The translations under genes were made by a program, and so were the position numbers. The notes under the pieces are model-generated. The model was not told the origin of the DNA, did no database searches, and saw nothing but the letters and a program-made list of their open reading frames with translations. A stretch of 64,000 nucleotides of DNA from Felis catus (taxonomy: Eukaryota): the NCBI RefSeq assembly GCF_018350175.1, contig NC_058368.1:211112001-211176000 (forward strand), in the 5' to 3' direction. Shown in pieces: positions 25,463-36,656 of this stretch (the first letter of the stretch is position 1; every line of letters starts with the position of its first letter).

Positions 25463-27632
25463 CGTGCGAGACTCAGAATGTGATTTTGTAAGATGCTCCA
25501 ACTAGGGCAGTCATTGCCAACCTCCTCAAAGGAGCAACAGGACTTCTCTTCTCCTGAGTGCCATTGCAATGGCTTCCTTTGGTGGCCAGAGCCATGGACA
25601 GTCAGAGCACATTAAGCACACAGAACACATTAATCTCTACTCTGATAAGCAAAACTTTGTTGACTTCTTTCCTGTTTTGCCCTCAAGGATGCAAGGAATT
25701 GTTAAGTGCATCCCACAACCCTGCCATGTCTCCTTCAGAAAACTTGGAGGCATCCTCCCAAAGGTGTGACAGTTTACTATGCCCAGGGTATCTTGTCATG
25801 CTAGGGTAGGAGGTAGATGAAAAGCTATGCCTTTCATATGGCCACCGTCACACCCAGCCTTCCTGGGTACCCTAATCCTTAATGCCACCAGAAGAGGGGT
25901 TAGAATGTTCCAGAAGAAAATGGTTGGCACAGTCAGCTTAAAAGAGATTATTCTGAAGCTCTGGCTCAAATTTTATACAGCCATTTATTCACCTGTGTCT
26001 ACTGGGCACCTACTATGTGCTAGGGTTCTAGAGCTACAAGGTGGATGACAGATGCTACTACCACAAAGCCAGGGGAGTTGAGTCTCTGGCAGACCCTCAT
26101 GGCCAGTGACGATTCTGTGATCAAGGCAGATATCCTTTGGTCCCAAGGAGGCTTTGCTGTGGGGGACTGCCCCCTTGCGCACTTCTCCTGGTGGGAAGAA
26201 GAGATAAGGTATGAGGAACAAGGGTGCAAGGAGGTGCTTCTCCTGAGGGGATTCAGGTGCTTGCGAATTCCTTCAAGAGTTTCAGTTAGCCTTAAGCAAC
26301 CCAAAATGTGCTTACCTTTCTATAAGCCCCTGTTCCCTGTGTGTGTCCAGTTTCTGAGTGGGCAGACAGCATGTGAATGAGAACTTTAAGAAGGTAGGAC
26401 TATTCTTTCACTCTTTTTGCCTTTCTCTATTTAATTTCCTCTCTTCACTTTCTTTCCTTTTATCCTGCCACACTCTGGTCACCTTTCAAAAAGCTTAGTG
26501 GCCCCTCCCCACCTACAGGATTGAGTTTGGACCTCTCAGCTTGCCCTTCCAGGGCATGCAGTCTCAGTATGGGACTGTTGAATATGGCATCAGACTGACC
26601 ATTTTCATGGTCTTTTTCAGTATCTGTATTTCACAGGGGTTGATGGGCTGCTTCTTCCGGGAGCCTGAGGGTTAGTATTTTTCCTTGAAAATCAATTTTA
26701 CTTACTGCATAGAGCCTGTTAAAGACAAAGGTCCTCTCTCCAACCCCGTACCCCCAGCCAAACCCAATAGACCTATGTGAGCAAGCCTTCCCCTGACCCC
26801 AAGCTCTGACCCTTGGAACAAGCTGAAACAAAGTGCACCCTCATGTTTTTCAGCAACAGGTTGTCTTGCCTGCCCTATCCCCATAACTGAACAGTGATTA
26901 CAATCCTCTGTACTTTAGTATGTAGATAAATGATTAACAGTGGGCTGTACCTTTTCCCGAGTTGTAAAAGGATAACTGGTTAGAGTCCCAATGTTCTCCT
27001 TGTCAGCATAGGAAATGTAGGAGAAGATATCTTCCTCTAAGACTCATAGCTAACATGTGGCAGGTTCCAGCTGGGAATCTGAGTACGGTGACAGATGGCA
27101 AGAACCTCACAGGTGAGCCTTGGTGACTTTCACCTTTCTTAGTTTCGATCCTTTTCTTCCATCTTTCCCTTCTGGGATTGGGGATGGGCAGGGGACAGGG
27201 AGTATGACTAGGATATCAATGGTTGTACAAAGGTCTCTGTTTTGATAAGAAATGGACAAGGACACTGTGTGTTGACATAAAGACCAACATAAAGGCCCAC
27301 TGCAGATCCCAAGTATTCCAGGGGAAAGTGTGGGTCTGGCATGGGCGCAAAGATAAAAAGGCCAGCATGATAATATACTGGCAAGATCACATGACAGACA
27401 AGTCAGTCTTAGGGGAGTGGGAAGGGGCAAACTGGTGGGGTGGGGGGGCGCAGGCGGGGTAAGGAGTAAAAGACACTGGAGTCAAGGATGCATTGTCTTG
27501 ATGTGGCATTGGAAACATCTCCAAATCCAGCGGGAAGGTAGAGAGAGAGAGAGACACCAGCCAGTGAACTGTATGGAGCCGCTGGAGCCCGTCCGTGCCA
27601 GGGGCGAGTCTGGGTGGTTTGGGGCCAAGGTG

Positions 27633-28190
27633 GTTTGTTTGTTTGTTTGTTTGTTTGTTTGTTTAGCAGGCATCATTCTTTAGAACAGCCATTAGTTTAC
27701 AGAAAAATTACAAAGAAAGTACAGACCGTTCCAGTGTCTCCCAGTCTCCCCTACATACAAATTCCTCCATCGTGAACATCTTGCATTAGTGTGGTACATT
27801 TTACAATGATGAGCCAATATGAATACATTAGTATTAACTAAAGTCTGTGGTTTACATCAAGGTTGACGCTTTGTGTTGTTACAGTCTATGTATTCCCCAT
27901 TACAGGCCCGTATGGTATAGTCTCACTGCCCTAAAGGCCCATTTCCCCCAATCGTCCTTTCTCCCAAACCCTTGGCAACCCCTCATCTTTTTACTCTCTA
28001 TATTTTGCCTTTTCCACAATGTGCTATAACAGGAGTCATATAGCATGTAGTCTTTTCGGATCAGCTTCTTTCACTTAGCAATAAGTATTTAAGTTGCCTC
28101 CATGTCTTTTCATGGCTTAATAGGTGATTTCTTTTTAGCACTGGGTAATATCCCATCGTATGGGTGTGCCACGGCTTGCTTATCCATTTG
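27633..28190 (-). mobile_element. L1MC-like 3' end with (GTTT)8 tail-derived microsatellite
   Basis: (GTTT)8 at 27633-27664; gtgtggtacattttacaatgatgagccaatat, cccttggcaacc, cttctttcacttagcaataagtatttaag. Confidence 0.85.
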
Positions 28191-30454
28191 AGCAGACTTT
28201 TCAATGAGTTACAAGGCAGAAACAAAGGAAAGAGCAAATGAGAAAGTAGAAAGAGCCATGAGAAGCAGAAGGCCTGGGGAAATGGAATAACTTGAGTGCA
28301 GAGGCCTGAACTGGCCTAAGGCAAGGTTCTCGGGACCCGTGCTCAGTGGGAGAGGCCAGCTCCTCAATGACCCCCTTCCCTGCTCTAACAGAGGGAGACC
28401 ATAAGGGCTGGAACCAGGCCAGCTTTGTTCTGAGAGCCCGACACATTGCAGGCATCCAATAAATAGTTGTTGAGCCATCTAAACTTCGAGAATCTTTTCT
28501 AAAGAGCAAGCTTGCCCGATCACCAGAAGATCTGAAGCTTCTGAAGCTGGCCAGTCATCTCAGGCGGGTCTCAGCTGCCCACTTGGCTGAGCCCCTCTTG
28601 TGCCCCAGGGTAGGGCAGAGCTTGCCTGGGTTATATGGAGCTTCCCTTACTTAATTCACCTGCTGCATCGGGAATGGATCTCTCTTGCCCCATCTTCATC
28701 TGCCTTGTGAGATGTTCTGTGGATACAGCCAGAGCCAGCTGTCGGGAGACAGGGAAACCCAAGGGAGATTTGGGCCACGCTAACATGCCAGGTCAAAAGG
28801 CATTCTCGCCACAGGATCAGAATTACATTTTTCAATCCAAACACATGGCAGAAAAATTAGCCAAAACAGCTTCTGTAGAACAAGCAGGGTGATTTGGATG
28901 CTAAGAAACAGCTTTGAGGGGAAGATGCACCATGCCTTCGGCTCAGAAAAGATGCTCACATGCAGGAGGAAAGCCATAGCATTTGCAGTCCGTAGGTGGG
29001 GGTGGTTGGAGTCCAGCCAGGGGAGTGCAGCTGGGTGCGAGGGGTATCCCTCCCAGGGATCAGGTAAAGCAGGTCAAAATTCGCAGGACAAATAGAAATC
29101 TGCCAGTTACAGATTACTACCTCAGTGGTGCTCCCTGAGCAAAAGAGCATGTAACTGAAGACCTGGTATGTTGGTGCAACATCACTGCTTAAAATCTGGT
29201 CCTGTCCTGGGGAATGATACTGGTGTTCCTTGCTACCCTCATTACTTTCCCTCAGTGTAATGAAAACGAGTCCAGAAAGACTAGGAGGGTATTTGGCTTG
29301 GGATCTGTTCCTATCCTACCCATTGTGCGTGCTCGTGTGACATATAATCAGCACGAGGATGGAGAGCTCTTGAGAATTTCTTATCTAAGAGAGAGAATGT
29401 AGCGGCTACTTGGCCCAAAGACTGTTCTGAACCATGGGGCTCATCCTGAGACACAGGATGACTTCTTGTCCCCACTGTTACATAACTAGGGGAGTCAGGG
29501 TTACTGTAGATAGTTAATTAGACAGAGGGCATAGGTGGAGTGAGGAATAGCTGCCTTCCCAGTGTGAAGCACCAAAATGACCATCCCTGAAGAAAGGGGA
29601 CCTGTCCATGGGGTGGGTGGCCCAGTGTCGATTCTGTATGTTCCCAGAGGGGGCAGCAAAGTGGCCCAAACATCTCCATATAACCGGAAACACAAGCAGA
29701 GGGGAGTCAAGCTCACAGCATAGTGTCAGCTTTGGGATCAGCTGGCCTCTCCTAATGCATTCGCATGTGGCCACTTCTGCTGCACCTGGCCAGTGTCTGG
29801 GGTGTTGCTTGCACATATGGACCCCCACAAAGCCACTGCTAAGTTTTCTGTATCCAAAAATTCCTTTGAGGAAGATCATGTCTGTGCCTCACCACAATCT
29901 GTTTTCTTGGGGCAGCAGCTATTTAGGTGCTTTCCAGCACAGAATTTTCATCTTAATTTCCTGCTCATTTGCTTTTGTCTTCCTTTGGGAGGACGGCTCT
30001 TGGACATGCAGGGCAGAGTGCACCATTTGGTAATAGTGGTGAAAAGACGGTGCTAGCCTCGGTTACTCTGCCCTGGGAATATGCAGCACATTCCACACAG
30101 TCCTCCTCCTCCCGCCTCCCACTCACGCTTTTCCTCCCTCACTTTCCAGAATACTCTTTAGACTTAGCTCCTTCTATCTTGGTCTGTGTCGTTCCTTCCC
30201 AGCCATTCTGTTTGCTAGCCACAGACATTGGAACACCTTGAAAAATCCACCCGATAATGAAAGTAAAAACAGCATGGGGCCCAGAGCCCCCAGGAAATTG
30301 GGATGTGGTGGGGAGAGGAAGGCACAGAGCTGCGAATGGCATGCCAGGGCAGGTGCTGGCTCTTTCACAAGGAGCCCTGAATTTCTGGGGCCATTAAAGG
30401 ACAAACATTTATGACAGAGCCCATGCCCTTACTGCTTATACACAATTATAGGTC

Positions 30455-31040
30455 ACTCACTTACTCATGTATTCTCAGCAAATGTTGATTGAGCATCAGT
30501 TATACGACAGGGTAGGCCTTGAACACAAAGATAAATGAAATATAGCCCTTGTCCCCAAGAAGCTTGTGGGAGACACAGACACCTGGACCAACAATGATGA
30601 TAACAAGTGTGAGGAAGTCTGTGGTCCTAAAAGACACCCAGGCAGCGGGTCTGCATGAGGAAGCCGGGAGCCCATCTGGGCCGATCTGGGAAGAAGTCAT
30701 AAGGACTGGACATCTGAACTGAGTCTTGAAGGTAAGGTTGAGAGGAGGAGGGCACTAGATAGCATGTTCCTGGAGGTGCCAGTGCAAGGGCAAAGGCACC
30801 GAGAAAACAGGAGGTAGTTGGGTGTAAAGTGGCTGGAGCGGCCCGAGTACACAGCCTGGGGAGAGTGAAACCGGAGAAGGCGGAGCCGGCCCAGGATGGA
30901 GAACTGTGGACCAGAGAGGTGTACAATCAGATTTACACTTACAGAAGGAAACCCTGGCAAAACAATGCGGAGGATAGGTTAGAGGGAGCAAGACAGGAAA
31001 CACAGAGAACACACTGGAGGCCAATACGACAAAATCGGCT
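30455..31040 (-). mobile_element. L2 fragment
   Basis: cagcaaatgttgattgagcatc, tgaactgagtcttgaagg, gtgcaagggcaaaggcac, tcagatttacacttacagaagg. Confidence 0.75.
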
Positions 31041-31090
31041 GGAAATCATATCCTCGGAAGCCTTTCTCCACACCTGCCCACCTCAGGTTT

Positions 31091-31091
<1 letters not shown>

Positions 31092-31126
<35 letters not shown>
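31092..31126 (+). repeat. Poly-G run (35 nt)
   Basis: Directly visible. Confidence 0.95.
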
Positions 31127-31127
<1 letters not shown>

Positions 31128-31257
31128 AAGGCAAGCGGGAGAAAAAGGCCTTGCAGGAAATTCATTCGTTCATCCTGTTGTTTCTGTGCTGCCGGTGATT
31201 ATAATGGCTGTGTTCTACAGTCACCATTGTGGAAGATCACCATCACATAAACATTTC

Positions 31258-31351
31258 CTTCTAGCCTCCAGAACTGTGAGATAATATGGCCTGTCGTTCA
31301 AGGCGTTCGGCTCTTGGTACTTTGTTACGGCAGCCCCAGCACACCGAGACA
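31258..31351 (+). mobile_element. MLT1 (MaLR LTR) 3' fragment
   Basis: cttctagcctccagaactgtgagataat ... tggtactttgttacggcagcccc ... gaca. Confidence 0.8.
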
Positions 31352-31929
31352 TGCGGGAAGTCCAATGCTCCTATATTACCCGTGGAGACGGAGGCACAGA
31401 GAGAGCCCTGCCTCCTTTGAGTGAGGAAGAGACACACCCTTGAAATCTGCAAGATCTCTCCGGGGCAAGTCCGGGTTACGTTCTAGTCTGAATGTTGGGC
31501 AGCCCAGCCAGCATTACAGTGTCACATTACAGGAGAGCCACGAAGCAAATGTACTCATTACGCCAGCACCGCCAGGTAGAAATATGAGGCACTCGTGTGC
31601 TGGGGAGAATGTTCTCCTGCTCCCAGTATTCTTTTTTTGTTTGTTTAAATAATTTATTGTCAAGCTGGCTAACATACAATGTATACAGTGTAGTCTTGGC
31701 TTCAGGGGTAGATTCCCATGATTTATCACTTACTTTCTATACCCAGCGCTCATCCCAACAAGTGCCTTCCTCAGTGCCCATCTCCCATTTTCCCTGCCTT
31801 GCCACACCCCCACCTCCATAAACCTTCAGTTTGTTTTCTGTATTTAACAGTCTCTTACAGTTTGTCTCCCTCTCTGTTTGTAACTTATTTTTCATTCCTT
31901 TCCCCCATGATCTTCCATTAAGTGTCTCA

Positions 31930-33809
31930 AATTCCACATTTGAGTGAAAATTATGATATCTGTCTTTTTCTGACTGACTTATTTCACTTAACATAGTACC
32001 CTCCAGTTGTCTGGTTTGGGAAGCAAGGTAATGCTGGCTTCATAGAATGAGTCTGGAAGCTTTTCTTCTGCTTCTATTTTTTGGAACAGCTTGAGAAGCA
32101 TAGGCATTAACTCTGCTTTAAATGTCTGGTAGAATTCCTCTGGGAAGCCATCTGGCCTAGGACTCTTATTTGTTGGGAGATTTTTGATAACCAATTCAAT
32201 TTCTTCACTGGTTATGGGTCAGTCTAAATTTTCTATTTCTTCCCAATTGAGTTTTGGTAGCGTGTGGGTGTCTAGGAATTTGTCCATTTCTTCCAGATTA
32301 TCCAGTTTTGTGGCACATAAGTTTTCATAGTATTCTTTAATAATTATTTATATTTCTGTGGTGTTGGTTGTGATCTGTCCTCTTTCATTCATGATTTTAT
32401 TTATTTGAGTCCTCTCTCTTCTTTTTGAGAAGTTTGGCTAGGTGTTTCTCAATTTTTATTTTTTCAAAAAACAAGCTCTTAGATTCATTGATATGTTCTA
32501 TTGTTTGTTTTGTTTTTTTGGATTCTTTATGGTTTATTTCTGCTTTAATCTTTATTATTCCTCTTCTTCTGCTGGCTTTGGGCTTTCTGTGCTGTTCTGC
32601 CTCTAGTTCCTTTAGGTGTGCTGTTAGATTTGGTATTTGGGATTTTTCTTGTTTCTTCAGATAGCCCTAGATTGCAATGTATTTTCCTCTTAGGACTGCC
32701 CTTGCAGCATCCCAAAGGGTTTGGGCTGTCATGTTTTCATTTTCATTTGCTTCCTTATGTTTTTTAAATTCTTCTTTAAAATTTTTTTTTCAACATTTAT
32801 TTTTTTGGGGGACAGAGAGAGACAGAGCATGAACGGGGGAGGAGCAGAGAGAGAGGGAGACACAGAATCGGAAACAGGCTCCAGGCTCCGAGCCATCAGC
32901 CCAGAGCCTGACGCGGGGCTCGAACTCACGGACCGCGAGATCGTGACCTGGCTGAAGTCGGACACTTAACCGACTGCGCCACCCAGACGCCCCAAATTCT
33001 TCTTTAATTGCCTGGTTGACCCATTCATTCTTTAGTAGGAGGCTGTTTAACCTCCATGCATTTGGAGGCTTTGCAAACTTTTTCTTGCGGTTGATCTCAA
33101 GTTTCATAGCATTGTGATCTGAAAATATGCATAGCGTAATCTCAATTCTTGTATATTTATTGAGCACTATTTTGTGACCCAGTATGTGATCTATCTTGGA
33201 GAATGTTCCATGTGCACTCGAGAAGAATGTGTATTTGGTTGCTTTTGGATGAAAAGTTCTGAATATATCTGTCAAGTCTATCTGGTCCAGTGTATCATTC
33301 AAGGCCATTGTTTCTTTATTCATTTCTGCTGAGATGATCTGTCCATTGCTATAAGTGGAGTATTAAAGTCCCCTGCAATTACTGTACTCTTATCAATAAG
33401 ATTGCTTATGTTTGTGATTAATTAGTTTATATATTTGGGTGTTATCAAGTTGGGGGCATAAACATTTACAATTGTTAGCTCATCTTGATGGATAGATATA
33501 TTATATCTATAATGCCCTTCTTCATCTCTTGTTACAACCTTTAGCTTAAAATGTAGTTTGTCTGATATCAGTATGGCTACTCTGGCTTTCTTTTGACTTC
33601 CAGTAACATGATACATTATTCTCCATCCCCTCACTTTCAATCTGAAGGTGTCCTCAGGTCTAAAATGGGTCTCTTGTAAGGCAGCATATAGATGTATCTT
33701 GTTTTGTTTTTTTTTTTTTTATCCATTCTGATACCCTATGTCTTTTGATTGGAGCATTTAGTCCATTTACATTCAGAGTTATTATTGAAAGATATGGATT
33801 TAGTGTCAT
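31930..33809 (-). pseudogene. Disrupted L1 ORF2p: endonuclease and linker fused to the extreme C-terminus, RT missing
   Basis: ATG at 33809 [76 protein letters not shown] followed directly by the [14 protein letters not shown] tail; frameshifts and a SINE insertion. Confidence 0.9.
32780..32993 (-). mobile_element. Young SINEC_Fc-type SINE nested in L1 ORF2
   Basis: Perfect 14-bp TSD aaattcttctttaa at 32766-32779 and 32994-33007. Confidence 0.96.
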
Positions 33810-33877
33810 TGTGTTATCTGTAGGTTACATGCTTGTGGTGATGTCTCTGGTATTTTGCAGTCTTTGCTGCTTTCCAC

Positions 33878-34751
33878 TCACAGAATCTCCCCTTAGGATC
33901 AACTGCAGGCCTAGTTTAGTGGTCATGAACTCCTTCAGTTTTTGTTTGTCTGGGAAAGCCTTTATCTCTCCTATTCTGAATGCCAGCCTTGCTGGATAAA
34001 GGATTCTTGACTGCCTATGTTTCCTATTCAGCACGTTGAATATTTCCTACCATTCCCTTCTGACGTGCTAAGTTTCAGTGGACAGGTCTGGTACTACCCT
34101 TATGTGTCTACCCTTGTAAGTTAAGGCCCGTTTGTCCCTAGCTCTTTTCAGAATTATCTCTTTATCTTTGTTTTTGCCAGTTTCACTATGATATGTCGTG
34201 ATGTTGACCTGTTTGGTTGATTATGAAGGGAGTTCTCTCTGCCTCTTGGACTTGGATGTCTGCTTCCTTCCCCAGTTTAGGGAAATTCTCAGCTATAATT
34301 TGTTCGAATAAACCTTCTGCCCCTTTCTTTCTCACTTCTTCTTCTGGAACTCCTATGATACGGATATTATTTCATTTCATTGAATCACGTAGGTCTCTAA
34401 TTCTCCCCTCTTTCCTAGCCCTCTTTTTGTCAGCTTCCTCATTTTCCATAATTTTATCTTCTATTTCACACATTCTCCCCTCTGCTTCTTCCATTCTTGT
34501 TGTCACTGCATCTAGTTTATTTTGCATCTCATTTACGCATTTCTTAATTCATTGTGACTATTTCTTAGATCCTTGGTTTCTGCAGCAATAGATTCTCTGC
34601 GGTCTTCTATGCTTTTTTCAAGTCTAGCTATCAGTCTTATGACTATTATTCTAAATTCATGTTCAGATATGTTGTTTATATCTGTTTTGAGCAATTCTCT
34701 GGCTGTCATTTCTTCCTGAAATTTCTCTTGAGAATTCTTCTGTTTCATCAT
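33878..34751 (-). pseudogene. Disrupted L1 ORF1p
   Basis: MMKQKNSQEKFQEEMTARELLKTDINNISEHEFRII... and RILYPARLAFRIGEIKAFPDKQKLKEF are ORF1p-like; split over frames with stops. Confidence 0.88.
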
Positions 34752-36437
34752 TTTGGCTAGTTTTCTGTCTTTTACATGTCTTAATATCTTATTATGTGTC
34801 CTGCATCTGCAAGTACTACTATATTAAAAAAGGGGTCATACCCTGTCCAGGGCCTGGCTCTTCAGGAGGCCTTTTTGGAGTGTGTTGTGTGCTCTCTGTT
34901 GTTGTGTCTCTGGTTGTTTTATCTCCCTCCTCGTAGTGGTGGTTTGGGCCTTCCACCAGGTGTGCTTTGATTTGTTCATTGAGGTAAATGGGAAAAATGA
35001 AAAGGTGGGAGGTGGAAGAAGCCTTATCCCATACAAAGAAAGAAATGACAGGAGAGGGGAAAAAGGACCAGGCAGAGTATCAAAGAAACTATAAGGCATA
35101 ATCCAGAGAGAGAGAGAGGAAAATAAAGAAGAAGGAGATAACAGAAGAGGTGTGAAAAGAATAGAGCAAAAATGCCTGACTAAACAAACAACCAGAACAG
35201 AGAAATAAAGAAAGAAGATATATATATTATATATTACAGATATAATCTATATGATATAATATATATAATGTATATATATAATAAGAATTGACCAAAAATC
35301 AGATGAGAAAATGCAAAACGGCAGTACAGGACAGTTGTGTGTTGGTGCCTGGACCTGGTGGCTGTCCTGGTCTGGAGGAGAGGCCATCTGGTTCGGTCAG
35401 TGTCAGTCCTGCTCTAGTAGACAAACGGTTACCAGGCACGGGAGGGATGGGGTTTGGTGTAAGCGAGTCCCACCTCCACTGGGGGGCCACTTTCCTGTTC
35501 CCTGAAACCCTACCGTATTGGTGATGGGGAGAAAAGGGCGACACCCCAATCTCTCCTCCCCTGACCAGGTGTCTCAAACCATGCTGTTCAGGCAGCCCTC
35601 ACAGAGCAGCAGGGTTGGCAGGCCCGTCCTGCTCCATGGTCTCCCGCACCTCCTAGGTGCTCGACTGGGATTCAAAACCTGATGTCTTAAAGGATCCCAC
35701 TGCCTGGGGACTGGTTCTGGGGCAGCACCACTCCACCCAACTGACAAATCCCCTCTGGCTGGTGCTTGCAGGGTCTTTTGTCCTTGGAGGGGTAATAAAC
35801 CCTCTTCCCACAGTACTTGAGGGAGGGGACTGCTCTTTCCCCATGCGCCCTGAGGTTGCTACGGAGCCTGGGGCTGACTGCCCTTCCCTCAGGTGCACAC
35901 ACACCATGGTGGCTCCAGTCCAGAGAAAGTCGCCCACCCCTGAATACTCTGATATTCATTCCTAAGGCTATTTGCAAAGTACAAACTGGCTCTCCCCATT
36001 TTTCTTGTTCCCCAGCCCATGCTCCAGAGAGGTTTTTCTCTTGTGCAAATACAATCCCACACTTCTACAGCCTCTCCCTCTCTTCCTTTTGTCTCCCCAC
36101 CTAAGGGGTTCCCACCCACCTCTGAGCCTATGCCACTTGTTTTATTTCTCCTGGTTTGCAAACACGTACCTCTTCCTGCCAAGCTGTCTCCATATACCTG
36201 TAGAGATGTTTCTATCACTCTGTAGCCTGGATTCCTGGAATTCCAAGTGTTCTGACCTCAATACTGCTGTGTCTGAGGGATGAGGGAAATTTTGGTTCCC
36301 CTACTTCTCTGCCATCTTAACTCCTCCCTCTCTGCTCCCAGTATTCTGAACAGAAACAGATGCAGCCAAATGTAATCCCGACTTTCCTCCTCCCCATATC
36401 CCTCCAGCCTTCACCACAAGGAATCAATAAGCTACTC

Positions 36438-36656
36438 TTTTTTTTTTTAACGTTTATTTATTTTTGAGAGAGAGAGAGAGAGAGAGAGAGCATGACCAGG
36501 GGAGGGGTAGAGAGAGAGGAAGACACAGAATCTGAAGCAGGCTCTGACTCTGAGCTGTCAGCAGAGAGCCTGATATGAGGATCCAACCTACCAATGGTGA
36601 GTTCATGACCTGAGCCGAAGTCAGAAGTTCAACCAACTGAGCCACCTAGGTGCCCC
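36438..36656 (-). mobile_element. Can-SINE
   Basis: Poly-T, (GA)n and reverse-complement head; degenerate TSD ending gctactctt. Confidence 0.93.

Larger units (their letters stand above)
31633..36331 (-). mobile_element. Carnivore/felid LINE-1 with both ends and an internal deletion in ORF2
   Basis: 5' end gagggaggagttaagatggc on the minus strand, 3' UTR and T-tail at 31633; perfect 16-bp TSD ctgctcccagtattct at 31617-31632 and 36332-36347; ORF1 and ORF2 peptides recognisable. Confidence 0.95.

Noticed and set aside
30829..31284. 151-aa ORF with a poly-glycine tract
   Set aside because: It is built from an L2 fragment, the poly-G run and an MLT1 edge, with no recognisable domain.
34836..36283. 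Dense overlapping ORFs on both strands
   Set aside because: They fall inside the GC-richer L1 5' UTR, where fewer stop codons are expected.
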